Source of the DNA: a virus
Taxonomy: Duplodnaviria > Caudoviricetes
Length of the DNA stretch: 35,073 nt
IMG/VR virus record: IMGVR_UViG_3300023055_000154
Span: 1 to 35,073 of that record
Reading direction: 5' to 3' (one strand)
Position 1 is the first letter of the stretch. Each line of letters opens with the position of its first letter. Positions 26,378 through 35,073 of this stretch are shown one piece after another. The notes below the pieces were generated by a model that saw nothing but the letters and a program-made list of their open reading frames with translations, did no database searches and had not been told where the DNA came from. Made by a program: the position numbers and the translations under genes.

Positions 26378-26620
26378 GTGGTGAAAATGATGCTTGAATT
26401 CATCGGAATTTTAATTATAATCTTTTCCTTTTTAGCTATAGTTCTAACAATCTACAAAGGAATCAAAGTTAGACGTAAGTTGTTGCTACCTACCGAGTTA
26501 ATTAATCAAGAGATGTTTGCAGAGCAGGAACAAGTCATTACTGAGTTACCTAGACGTGCTGTGGCAGATTCACACTGGCATGTAAAAACGTTTATGCGAC
26601 CAAGACGAAAGAGGGTGTGA
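26378..26620 (+). CDS. Small single-TM protein
   Basis: Hydrophobic N-terminus and basic tail; start probably 26387 after AGGTGGTG. Confidence 0.6.
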   Translation: MVKMMLEFIGILIIIFSFLAIVLTIYKGIKVRRKLLLPTELINQEMFAEQEQVITELPRRAVADSHWHVKTFMRPRRKRV

Positions 26621-26622
26621 TT

Positions 26623-26727
26623 ATGGTTGAAGTTTTTGAACTACTTTATCGTCATCCAGGTTGGACTACTCTGTGGCTGTTACTAATTGTTATATGTATT
26701 GCTGCTATAGCAGAAAGGCAAAGGTGA
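26623..26727 (+). CDS. 34-aa single-TM peptide, not in the ORF track
   Basis: MVEVFELLYRHPGWTTLWLLLIVICIAAIAERQR*; RBS GAGGGTG. Confidence 0.6.
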   Translation: MVEVFELLYRHPGWTTLWLLLIVICIAAIAERQR

Positions 26728-26797
26728 TCCCAATGAGAAATAACGTATCTAGCTACTAGAGCTTGTCTAGTAAATACATTGAGAGAAGGAGTCACTT

Positions 26798-26974
26798 ATG
26801 TTCTCAAAAGTGCTCATTCAATTGCAAGTCGCGTTAATATTCATCGTACTTGTTGTTGCAACATTTTTAGATGGCAATTTTATTGATAATAGCTTCACTG
26901 AAACAGGTGGTATCTGTTTTACACTAATGCTTTGTACTTTAGCAATATGTCACTCACTCGAAAATAGAAAGTAG
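26798..26974 (+). CDS. 58-aa two-TM peptide, not in the ORF track
   Basis: MFSKVLIQLQVALIFIVLVVATFLDG...GGICFTLMLCTLAICHSLENRK*; RBS AAGGAG. Confidence 0.6.
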   Translation: MFSKVLIQLQVALIFIVLVVATFLDGNFIDNSFTETGGICFTLMLCTLAICHSLENRK

Positions 26975-26983
26975 GAAAATGCA

Positions 26984-27289
26984 ATGGATAACAAAAACAA
27001 ATGCTTTTCTCCAGATTGTAATAACAAATCTGAAACAGAATTTTGCCCAGAATGCTTAGCAAATGGTGGTTTTAAACCATATGTTAATCCACAATTAGAA
27101 AATAATTTTAGGTACCACTCGCCAAAAGAAGGGCAGCCAGAACGATATCAATTAATTCGTGATAAAGCCAAGGAACTTGCTTATTTAATTGATGGAAATT
27201 GCCCTAACAGCCGGGAGAAATCCCTTGCAATTACTAATCTTGAACAAGCGATGATGTGGGCTAATGCTTCAATCGCACGAAATGAATAA
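26984..27289 (+). CDS. Acb2/Tad1-like helical-hairpin protein with N-terminal Cys4 motif
   Basis: NNFRYHSP...CPNSREKSLAITNLEQAMMWANASIAR resembles the RExxxAITKLEEAxMW helix of Tad1/Acb2-type proteins; N-terminal CxxxxC...CxxC. Confidence 0.6.
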   Translation: MDNKNKCFSPDCNNKSETEFCPECLANGGFKPYVNPQLENNFRYHSPKEGQPERYQLIRDKAKELAYLIDGNCPNSREKSLAITNLEQAMMWANASIARNE

Positions 27290-27420
27290 ATGGGCGTAAA
27301 GGGCACTAATAAGGTTAGTCCAGACGCATTTTAATTGTCTTTTTTAAGCATTTGAAGACATTAAAGAACAAATGACTAAGTGTTTCGCGGGCGAGAGCGT
27401 GCGAAGGACAGGAGGATAAC

Positions 27421-28038
27421 ATGCAAGTAAATTTTGAGACATTAAAAACATTGGTTGAAGCTGGTGATAAGTCGGCTTTTGAAAAACATATCTTTGAGAG
27501 TTTGGAAAAAGGTGACGTAGTTGCGGCAGCATCACACAATGCTTTTGTAAAAAGTGAACTAGATTCAGAGAAAGACAAGCATCACAACACAGCTTTAGAA
27601 ACGTGGAAAACTAATCATCTACAAGGATTAATTGATGATGAAGTTTCAAAGCGCAATCCACAAGAGACGCCTGAGCAAAAGACTATTCGTGAATTGAAAG
27701 AACGTCTTGATCAAAAAGAAAAATCAGAACAACGAGCAGCATTGAAAGAAGCAGCTCTTACTTATGCAACTGATAAAGGGTATGATGCAAAATTTGCAAC
27801 AAAGTGGATTGACAAATTACTTGGTGAAGATGAAACAGTTACAAATACCACGTTGGATAACTTTAAAACTGACCTTGATGCCATTGTACAAGCTCAAGTA
27901 GAAGAGAAGCTTAAAGGTGCTAATCGTAATCCTGGTGGTGGATCAGGTGGGGGTACAGATTTATCAACCGGTGCACGTGTAGCACAACAAAATCAGAATA
28001 AAAATGCTGAAGAACAACAAAAAGCGTTCTTCGGATAA
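27421..28038 (+). CDS. Capsid scaffolding protein (DUF4355-like)
   Basis: Charged coiled coil with Gly-rich C-terminus; RBS AGGAGG; upstream of capsid genes. Confidence 0.85.
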   Translation: MQVNFETLKTLVEAGDKSAFEKHIFESLEKGDVVAAASHNAFVKSELDSEKDKHHNTALETWKTNHLQGLIDDEVSKRNPQETPEQKTIRELKERLDQKEKSEQRAALKEAALTYATDKGYDAKFATKWIDKLLGEDETVTNTTLDNFKTDLDAIVQAQVEEKLKGANRNPGGGSGGGTDLSTGARVAQQNQNKNAEEQQKAFFG

Positions 28039-28053
28039 GGAGGAAATGCAGCT

Positions 28054-28410
28054 ATGAAATTTAAAAAGACGGAATATACAACACCTGCTGAAATTTTGAA
28101 GTTTCCTGAACATCATGTATCAGTATCCGTGTATGTAGACGACACAGGCATTACAGCGAATACAGAAGGGAAGAAAATTGTTCCTGCAGGTACGATTGTT
28201 GGTGGCGGTTTTTTAAATAATCGCACAGTAAAAGCAACGAAAGCAAATAGCGCTTCTGCTGAAGGTGTACTACGTTATGACGTAGATGTGACGTATGGTC
28301 CTTCTAACGGAGCAGCAGTCATTCACGGTTTTGTTGATTTAAACCGATTACCAGAAGCACCTGATGTAACTGCAATTACAGCGTTAAAACAAATTACATT
28401 CTTAAAATAA
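28054..28410 (+). CDS. Head decoration protein
   Basis: GKKIVPAGT...GVLRYDVDVT...IHGFV...LP; between scaffold and major capsid genes. Confidence 0.75.
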   Translation: MKFKKTEYTTPAEILKFPEHHVSVSVYVDDTGITANTEGKKIVPAGTIVGGGFLNNRTVKATKANSASAEGVLRYDVDVTYGPSNGAAVIHGFVDLNRLPEAPDVTAITALKQITFLK

Positions 28411-28424
28411 TGGAGGTTTAAAGT

Positions 28425-29462
28425 ATGCCAACTATTTTTGATTTAGTAACAGCGAAAAATACTAAGGATTACATTGAAAATTCCGATCAAAAGGTTTATT
28501 TAGGAGCGTCTTTGTTTCCGAATGATAAACAACTAGGACTAGAATTATCTTATTTAAAGGGCCGTCATGGTGCACCAGTAGTTTTAAAAGCAGCAGCGTT
28601 CGATGCTAACGCACCTGTTCGTCCACGTATTGGCGTTCAAAAAATCGAAACAGAAATGCCTTTCTTCCGAGAACAAATGAATGTGAAGGAGAAGGAACGT
28701 CAACAAGTCAACACTCTATTAGCTGGTGGTCAAACTCAATTGGCTGAGGCAGTGTTAAAGCATGTGTATGACGACCAGAAAGCACTTGTTGATGGGGCAA
28801 ATGCTACTGCTGAACGTATGCGTATGCAACTGCTAACAACAGGCAAAATTTCTATTGACAGCGGTGCTGAAGGTGCTCAATACGATTATGATTATGAATT
28901 TGATCCATCACAATTTGAAGTGCTAACAGGAACAGACGTATGGTCAGATCCTAACTCAACTCAAATTCAGGATATCATGCGTTGGATGCAAGCTGTAAAA
29001 CTAGCAAATGGAGCACGTGCTATTGTGAATAGTGCAACGTTTGCACATTTAGCTGCTCATGAGTCTATTCGAAAAGACCTTAATCCATTAGGAGCTACAA
29101 GCATCATCTTAACAAACGATGATGTTAAAAATTATTTACAACGTAAGTTAAAACTAAGTGTAGCAATTTATGATGAAACGTTTATCGATGAAACTGGCGA
29201 TGAACAAAAATTTGTTCCAGATGGTGTGTTCACATTAATTCCACCAACAGGTACGCTAGGCAATACAGTGTATGGTACTACACCAGAAGAATCAGACTTA
29301 ATGACAGGTGCTACAAAAGCTAATGTTGAGATTGTGAATACTGGGGTAGCTATCACAACTGTTAAACAAGAGCATCCTGTGAATGTTCAAACGATTGTTT
29401 CTGAAATCGTACTGCCGTCATTCCCTGTTGCAGATAAAGTGTTTATTGCAACTGTTTTATAA
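28425..29462 (+). CDS. Major capsid protein (lambda gpE-like family)
   Basis: YLGASLFP, EMPFFRE, ERMRMQLLTTGKI, GNTVYGTTPEE, VSEIVLPSF. Confidence 0.92.
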   Translation: MPTIFDLVTAKNTKDYIENSDQKVYLGASLFPNDKQLGLELSYLKGRHGAPVVLKAAAFDANAPVRPRIGVQKIETEMPFFREQMNVKEKERQQVNTLLAGGQTQLAEAVLKHVYDDQKALVDGANATAERMRMQLLTTGKISIDSGAEGAQYDYDYEFDPSQFEVLTGTDVWSDPNSTQIQDIMRWMQAVKLANGARAIVNSATFAHLAAHESIRKDLNPLGATSIILTNDDVKNYLQRKLKLSVAIYDETFIDETGDEQKFVPDGVFTLIPPTGTLGNTVYGTTPEESDLMTGATKANVEIVNTGVAITTVKQEHPVNVQTIVSEIVLPSFPVADKVFIATVL

Positions 29463-29464
29463 TC

Positions 29465-29492
29465 AAGCGACTTGATCAGTAGTCGCTTTTTT
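29465..29492 (+). terminator. Intrinsic terminator after the major capsid gene
   Basis: AAGCGACT...AGTCGCTT plus T-run. Confidence 0.8.
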
Positions 29493-29518
29493 CTATTCCA
29501 CGGAAAGGAGAGATACGA

Positions 29519-29704
29519 ATGTACTCAGTAGAGTTATTAAAAAATGCAAAGGTTCATGGCAAACCCCATAAAGCAGGAGCGCTTGTGAACGTTGACAATG
29601 ATTTACTTGAGGAATTAAAAGAGAAAGGTCTTATTGGTGCTGTAGAAGAACTTAAGAAGACTTCAAGGACAACCAAAGCTGTAGCCGCGAAAGATGGTGA
29701 ATAG
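29519..29704 (+). CDS. Small head-associated hypothetical protein
   Basis: RBS AAGGAG; typical position after the capsid gene. Confidence 0.7.
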   Translation: MYSVELLKNAKVHGKPHKAGALVNVDNDLLEELKEKGLIGAVEELKKTSRTTKAVAAKDGE

Positions 29705-30041
29705 TATGTGGGATGTCACAGATGATGATGTGAGGTATTATGCAACTTTAGGTCAAGTTAAAAAGCCAAACACGGATTACTACAAAGCTATGTTACCAGT
29801 GATGCTTGATAAAGTGAACGAGGACTATAATACTTGTTTCACACCTGAAAACATGCCACCAAATGTCAAATTATTTTTGGCTAAAGCAGTACCATTTTTC
29901 AGTGGCGCCAGTGGATTAAAGTCACGAAAAATGGGATCTGTTTCTTACTCATTTGATTTTAATGATATGCCTGTAGCTATTACGGATTTATTAAAACGCT
30001 ATAGAAAGGCGAGATTCCATGTTTTTCGACCCTATGGATGA
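29694..30041 (+). CDS. Head-tail adaptor (SPP1 gp15-like)
   Basis: PPNVKLFLAKAV...GLKSRKMGSVSYSF...LLKRYRK. Confidence 0.82.
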   Translation: MVNSMWDVTDDDVRYYATLGQVKKPNTDYYKAMLPVMLDKVNEDYNTCFTPENMPPNVKLFLAKAVPFFSGASGLKSRKMGSVSYSFDFNDMPVAITDLLKRYRKARFHVFRPYG

Positions 30042-30348
30042 GTTCCCTCATACTGTGAATATTAATGAAGAAAAGTCAGTTTCGAACGGCTCTGGCGGTT
30101 CTGCAAAGAAATGGGTTAAAACAGGTGAACTTGACTGTTTTGTAGATACACCAACATCATCAAGATTAGTAGAGATGAAACAACTTGGCGTATCATTCCA
30201 TCGAGATATTTATTTTTCCTATGGAGAATTAATACCTTTAACAGCAAGGATAGAGTATGAGGGTATCGAGTACACAGCTGCAGGTGATGCAGAGGACCAG
30301 GGCGGCATGCATGAAGTCATGCGTCTGCCATTGAAGAGGGTACAGTAA
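30019..30348 (+). CDS. Head closure/stopper protein (SPP1 gp16-like)
   Basis: DEFPHT...FVDTP...DQGGMHEV; position in the neck module. Confidence 0.8.
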   Translation: MFFDPMDEFPHTVNINEEKSVSNGSGGSAKKWVKTGELDCFVDTPTSSRLVEMKQLGVSFHRDIYFSYGELIPLTARIEYEGIEYTAAGDAEDQGGMHEVMRLPLKRVQ

Positions 30349-30776
30349 TGGGTATCACAAAGCGAGGAAATAGACGTGTAGAGCGAGCTCTTAAAAAGTG
30401 GCAAGATGACATCATCGATGAAATAAAGCGTATTATCAGAAATACAACTCTGTTATTAGAAAAAGAGTTGAAAGCTAGAATGCCACATGAAACTGGTGAA
30501 ATGGCCGATTCCATAAACGTAACATTTGATGCTGATGGGTACGGTGCAAAACTAGAAATCGGAGCTTTTTACGCCATCTACGTAAACTACGGGACTGGCA
30601 TCTATGCACAAGGTCCAGGAGGTTCCCGTGCGAAGAAAATTCCTTGGGTGTACTTTAATACACGTTGGGGCCGTTTTGTACTAACACATGGTCAACGAGC
30701 GCAGTTCTTCTGGGAACAAGCTGTAGATGAGGCGTCTGATTATTTCATTAAAGAATTTAGAAGGCTAGGGAAGTGA
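30348..30776 (+). CDS. HK97 gp10-like neck protein
   Basis: PHETGEMADSI, YAIYVNYGTGIY, THGQRAQFFW. Confidence 0.85.
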   Translation: MGITKRGNRRVERALKKWQDDIIDEIKRIIRNTTLLLEKELKARMPHETGEMADSINVTFDADGYGAKLEIGAFYAIYVNYGTGIYAQGPGGSRAKKIPWVYFNTRWGRFVLTHGQRAQFFWEQAVDEASDYFIKEFRRLGK

Positions 30777-30780
30777 CAAT

Positions 30781-31200
30781 ATGGCACTACCATTTTTAGA
30801 ATTGCAAACGGCGGTGTATCAACGGTTATCCAATGATGCATCGCTTTTAAATTTGGTCACAGGTGTATACGATCATGTAACGGAGCAAACGCCTTTTCCT
30901 TATGTTTATCTTGGTGAACCGTTATTGAATATCGACCAGGAAGTGAAAGTTGAGGATATTGCTGAAGAAACAATAGCCATACATGTATATCACAATCAAG
31001 AAACAAGTGGCGAGTATGGCAATGCAAAAGTTTATGAAATCTTAGATGCTGTTCATGAGGCACTTAAGTATAGGATTGAATTACCATCTTATGAAATCCT
31101 GCAGGTCAAGCCGCGTGAACCACGTGTCTTTGACGATATCGACAATGTACAAAAGCATGGTGTAATTACTTATAAATACAAACTATTAAAAACAAAATAG
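30781..31200 (+). CDS. Tail terminator/completion protein (DUF3168, SPP1 gp17-like)
   Basis: LQTAVYQRL...GVYDHV...PFPYVYLGE...HGV. Confidence 0.85.
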   Translation: MALPFLELQTAVYQRLSNDASLLNLVTGVYDHVTEQTPFPYVYLGEPLLNIDQEVKVEDIAEETIAIHVYHNQETSGEYGNAKVYEILDAVHEALKYRIELPSYEILQVKPREPRVFDDIDNVQKHGVITYKYKLLKTK

Positions 31201-31211
31201 GAGGATCCGCA

Positions 31212-31964
31212 ATGGTAAAAATTATTTTGGTACAACCAACCGATAATGTTTTAGGAGCTGATGGTTTGGTACCGGGCTTTCAGACGGATTATTCACACAG
31301 CCTAGAACGAGATAACTCTACTGAAGCTACAAAAATGGGCTCAATATCAGCTATTGGTACCTTAACAGAAACGATGGAACTGTCCATGTATGGGCGTAAA
31401 GGTGATGCTGGGCAGAAAGCTATCTATCGTGCAATTAAGGATGGTAAAGAGCTGAAAGTGTGGGAAGTAGAAACAGAAAAGAATGATGAAGGTACCCACG
31501 ATGCTAAGTTTGCCTTTGCCGTAGTGGATTCGTTTGAAACATCTAGCCCAGTAGAAGGGTTAGAGGAATTAAGCTCATCTATGACTGTGCAAATTGAGTC
31601 AGTAGAAGGTGTATTTATGGATTTACCCCCAGGTCTTATTAATTTTGCGAAATACGGCTTCCAACTGCCGGGCGATACTACTGGTGACTCTAGTAACATT
31701 GTTAATAAAACAAAGGTTACTGGTATTACAGTGACACCTGAAACGCTCAGTCTAACACCAACAGATAAGCAACAACTAAGTGTAGAAGTTACACCAGCTG
31801 ATGCTTCAAATCAGTTTGTAACATATGCATCATCAAATAAAGATGTGGCTACAGTTTCACCAAATGGATTATTGACAGCTGTAGCAGATGGTACCGCAAC
31901 AATTACGGTGACATCAAAGGACAATCCTACAATTACTGATAAAGTGTCAGTAACAGTTTCTTGA
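31212..31964 (+). CDS. Major tail tube protein with C-terminal Ig-like (Big_2) domain
   Basis: TP901-1/SPP1-like tube N-terminus; C-terminal VTGITVTP...VTPADASNQFVTYASSNKDVATVS..G...AVADGTATITVT. Confidence 0.88.
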   Translation: MVKIILVQPTDNVLGADGLVPGFQTDYSHSLERDNSTEATKMGSISAIGTLTETMELSMYGRKGDAGQKAIYRAIKDGKELKVWEVETEKNDEGTHDAKFAFAVVDSFETSSPVEGLEELSSSMTVQIESVEGVFMDLPPGLINFAKYGFQLPGDTTGDSSNIVNKTKVTGITVTPETLSLTPTDKQQLSVEVTPADASNQFVTYASSNKDVATVSPNGLLTAVADGTATITVTSKDNPTITDKVSVTVS

Positions 31965-31970
31965 TCTATA

Positions 31971-31996
31971 AAAGACGGGCTTAGGTTCGTCTTTTT
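31971..31996 (+). terminator. Intrinsic terminator after the tail tube gene
   Basis: AAAGACGGGC-TTAG-GTTCGTCTTT plus T-run. Confidence 0.75.
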
Positions 31997-32033
31997 CTTA
32001 TGTCCAAAATCAAAAAGAAAGAAGGAAAAAGAA

Positions 32034-32537
32034 ATGGCTACATTAACAGTTAAAGAGAAGGAATACACATTAAAATGCTCTATTATGCTTGATAAATTAT
32101 TAAATAAAGTGATTCCGGAACCAAAAACAAAAGACAGTGAATCGCAAAAAGATAAACTATCGGGTGGAATCTCCAAGGTACTACCACAGCTGATTGAGCA
32201 GGATGTTGAAGCGCTGGTACATCTTTGGGAAGCAACGATTAAATTGCAAACAAAAAAGGCACCAACACAAGATGAAATTTTAGAAGCAATCGATGAGCGT
32301 ATGAATGCTGATGATGACGCAACCATTATGTTTACAGAAGTGTTTGAGGCAATCGAAGAATCGGCTTTTTCTCGAAACGAGTTGACGAAATTCAAGAAGA
32401 ATATGCTGCTCGTAAAAGAAATGAAGCAGAAGGACGAGGAAGAAGTACAGAAAACAACTCTAATGATGAAACGTATGTCCGAGGGTTACAAGGAGATCAC
32501 TGGTCGCGATCTATTCGAGGAAAAACAGACGGCTTAA
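32034..32537 (+). CDS. Tail assembly chaperone (gpG-like)
   Basis: Acidic helical protein between the tail tube and tape measure genes. Confidence 0.8.
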   Translation: MATLTVKEKEYTLKCSIMLDKLLNKVIPEPKTKDSESQKDKLSGGISKVLPQLIEQDVEALVHLWEATIKLQTKKAPTQDEILEAIDERMNADDDATIMFTEVFEAIEESAFSRNELTKFKKNMLLVKEMKQKDEEEVQKTTLMMKRMSEGYKEITGRDLFEEKQTA

Positions 32538-32893
32538 CCTATGATGATTTTGAACGTAACTGTGCTAGGTTTCTAGGTACCTATGATATAGGTCTAATCT
32601 ATTCATGGACACCTAGGGAGTACCGTAATTTCTTGCAAGGCTCTCAATTAGCAAAAATTGATGATCATGAGCGAGCAATTCAAGCTGCTTGGATTGCTGG
32701 TGTAGTTTCTAAGCCGAAAAAATCTCGGAAAGAAAATCCTCCTAAGAAATACTTTGATGCAGAAAAGGCTCGTAAAGAAGTTCTAGCTGGCTCAAAAAAT
32801 GAACAGCAGATGAAATTAGACTTTACGTTGTATGACCAAATGCGCAAAGAGTTAAAAACATTTAATTGGCAGCTTGTCGAGAAGAAATCATAG
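32519..32893 (+). CDS. Tail assembly chaperone extension (gpT-like), probably made by -1 frameshift
   Basis: -1 frame open from before the gpG stop: GKTDGLTYDDFERNCARFLG...WTPREYRNFLQG... No good RBS/ATG of its own. Confidence 0.72.
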   Translation, partial: GKTDGLTYDDFERNCARFLGTYDIGLIYSWTPREYRNFLQGSQLAKIDDHERAIQAAWIAGVVSKPKKSRKENPPKKYFDAEKARKEVLAGSKNEQQMKLDFTLYDQMRKELKTFNWQLVEKKS

Positions 32894-32906
32894 AGGTGGT
32901 GAGTGT

Positions 32907-35073
32907 ATGCCAGTTGAGCGCTTTAAGGCCGAAGTAGATGCCGATATTAATAGTTTTAAACGAAAAATGGCAGAAGTTGACCGTCAAATGAGGGAACTTG
33001 CAACAGGTGTGTCTGTAGAAATCAATGCTTCTATCAATGAATTTATATCGAAAGTGCAACAGGTACAAGCGAGATTGCAACAACTAGATGCTACTGAGGC
33101 GACTGTTGAAATTGATGCTAAACTCAACGACTTTATGCGAGATCTCTTACAAGTCAGGGCATTGGCACAAGACATGGATGGAGAGACCATCAAGGTTAGA
33201 GTATTACTTGATGCAGAAGTGTTTTACACACAACTAACAATGATACAAGCCGAAATCGATGCCTTAGAACGCGAACGGGTAAAAGTTAAAGTTGAACTAT
33301 CTCTTGGTAGTTTTATGATGGATTATGCACAAATCCAAGCGTTAATAGCTCAATTATCAGGTCAAAGTGGCAATATCAAGATCGATGTAGATTTCAGTGA
33401 GGTTATTGCTGCTATCCATGAAGTAAAGCTTGCTATTTTAGCGTTAAAAGATGTCACAATTGACATTCATGCTGATATTACTAGCTTCTTACGTGGCGTA
33501 GTAATTGTAGAACGACAATCGAAAAAATTAAAGAAAAACATCGTCATTAAGATTTGGGCTGACTATACCAATGCCATGAAATCATACGCAAATACTGTAC
33601 AAGCATTTGCTGAGGCTGGCCGTCAAATTATCGGTGGTGCATTGCTCTCATTAATACCTGCTTTATCACAATTTTTATCGGTATTGGTAGGGTTAATCGG
33701 GTCCTTAGGTGTCATGATTGGTGTGTTAGCAGGACAACTGTTGATATTAGCTAGTGCATTAAGTATTGCAGCATTAGGCTTTGGTGGCTTGGCTGCTGTG
33801 GCCATTCCGACTATAAAAAAATTATTTGATGAGACAGCTAAGTTAAATGCTGAACAACAACGAGCAAAAGCTTCATGGGACGCTTTTAAAGGTACCTATG
33901 ATGATTTAGTTAAGGCTACAGAGAAACCAGTATTACAAGCATTTACGAGCGCTATGCAAGGTGCTCAAAAAATATTAAAATCTCTTCAGCCTATGATTGA
34001 ATCTGTAGCTAAAAGCGCAGCCAAGTTGATGGGTGCCTTTGATAAATCTATCAATAGTCAACCGATTCAAAAGATTTTTGATACGTTCAATAAATACGGT
34101 GCATCAATTTTTGAAAATTTTGTTGCGGGTATTGGTCATCTTATAGCTGGGCTAGGTAGTTTGATAGCAGCACTTGCACCTGCAGCTGAGGCGTGGTCCA
34201 AAAACTTTAATGGTATGATGCAATCCTTTGCCTCATGGGCTGATGGTTTAAGTCAATCTGAGAAATTTCAGTCGTTTATAAGTTATGTACAAACCTATAT
34301 GCCTGTTATCTCTAAAATTTTTGCAGATCTCACAATGGGAATTATCGCCTTCTTCTCAGCATTTAGTGACATGGGCGGTAGCTTCATGACAAGTCTTGCA
34401 AGCATGATGGAAAGCTTTAGGGCATGGGCTGAAACATTAGGTGAAAATCAGCAGTTCCAACAATTTTTAAGTTTTATCCAAGAATCTACACCAGCAGTAT
34501 TAGCATTGCTAGGTAACCTTTGGGACTTGATTATTAATCTAGGTATTGCATTCGCTCCTATTGGCGCAATTGTTTTGGATGTCGCTAATTCATTTTTGGA
34601 ATGGTTTAATAATTTATTACAGACAAATCAAACTGCAGCTAAATTAGTTGCTCTATTCCCAGTAGTACTTGGCGTTATCTCTGCATTAGCACCTGTAGTC
34701 ATATCGGTTGTTTCGATTTTCGGGAATCTTGTTGCTGCTATTATTCGTGTTCTACCGCATTTATCAAGCTTTTCAGCGATTGCCACAAAAGTAACTGAAA
34801 TTGTTACTAAAGTTTGGGGACATATATCCAAATTAGGCGCTGTTTTTGCGTGGCTTACAACACCTGTAGGTATAGCAGTAGTCGCAATTGGTTTAATTAT
34901 CTCGGCTCTCGTACTTGCATATAACAAGGTGGATTGGTTCCGGGCCTTGGTTAATAAAGCCTGGACATCCATAAAAGAAGTAACATCTAAAGCTTTTAAA
35001 GCAGTATATGATACTATCTCAAAAGCACTCGAGGAAGTTGTAGCATTTGGTAAACAGATACTGGGGAAATTCG
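32907..35073 (+). CDS. Tape measure protein (5' part, truncated by the window end; absent from the ORF track)
   Basis: RBS GAGGTGG, ATG 32907 (MPVERFKAEVDADINSFKRKMAEVDRQ...); long Ala/Gly-rich amphipathic reading frame following the chaperones. Confidence 0.9.
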   Translation, partial: MPVERFKAEVDADINSFKRKMAEVDRQMRELATGVSVEINASINEFISKVQQVQARLQQLDATEATVEIDAKLNDFMRDLLQVRALAQDMDGETIKVRVLLDAEVFYTQLTMIQAEIDALERERVKVKVELSLGSFMMDYAQIQALIAQLSGQSGNIKIDVDFSEVIAAIHEVKLAILALKDVTIDIHADITSFLRGVVIVERQSKKLKKNIVIKIWADYTNAMKSYANTVQAFAEAGRQIIGGALLSLIPALSQFLSVLVGLIGSLGVMIGVLAGQLLILASALSIAALGFGGLAAVAIPTIKKLFDETAKLNAEQQRAKASWDAFKGTYDDLVKATEKPVLQAFTSAMQGAQKILKSLQPMIESVAKSAAKLMGAFDKSINSQPIQKIFDTFNKYGASIFENFVAGIGHLIAGLGSLIAALAPAAEAWSKNFNGMMQSFASWADGLSQSEKFQSFISYVQTYMPVISKIFADLTMGIIAFFSAFSDMGGSFMTSLASMMESFRAWAETLGENQQFQQFLSFIQESTPAVLALLGNLWDLIINLGIAFAPIGAIVLDVANSFLEWFNNLLQTNQTAAKLVALFPVVLGVISALAPVVISVVSIFGNLVAAIIRVLPHLSSFSAIATKVTEIVTKVWGHISKLGAVFAWLTTPVGIAVVAIGLIISALVLAYNKVDWFRALVNKAWTSIKEVTSKAFKAVYDTISKALEEVVAFGKQILGKF

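Larger units (their letters stand above)
625..35073. mobile_element. Temperate siphovirus-like prophage, extends beyond the right edge
   Basis: Integrase, repressor, replication, packaging, head and tail modules in canonical order. Confidence 0.96.

Noticed and set aside
31700-31964. Frameshift-dependent Ig domain on the tail tube, as in SPP1 gp17.1*
   Set aside because: Here the Big_2 domain is in frame with the tube protein, so no recoding is needed.
31811-34972. Minus-strand ORFs over the tail genes (31811-32395, 32862-33193, 33623-33805, 34628-34972)
   Set aside because: Antisense shadows of the tail tube, chaperone and tape measure genes.

Overview
The window holds the left ~34.4 kb of an apparently intact temperate siphovirus-type prophage of a Bacillales host (Lysinibacillus-like, by inference). 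It is integrated by a large serine recombinase into the competence pseudopilin gene comGC, whose 5' fragment (547-636) follows the end of comGB. Gene order: integrase, CI/Cro switch with four palindromic operators, early genes (recombination pair, replication initiator with iterons, DnaC-like loader, PcfK/PcfJ-like pair, DUF3102), late activator, an accessory zone, terminase, SPP1-like head and tail genes, and a tape measure gene that runs off the right end. Accessory cargo: a DarT/macrodomain-DarG pair in an unusual head-to-head arrangement, a HicAB module between terS and terL, membrane-protein morons, and an Acb2/Tad1-like candidate nucleotide-sponge gene in the head module. Non-coding signals not explained by genes: two Bacillus dif-like (Xer) sites with TTGAT-N2-ATCAA palindromes, a LexA-type box in front of a 42-aa basic ORF missing from the ORF track, several long G-U-rich RNA stems, and duplicated late-promoter and terminator elements. 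All protein family calls are from motif recognition by eye, not database searches.
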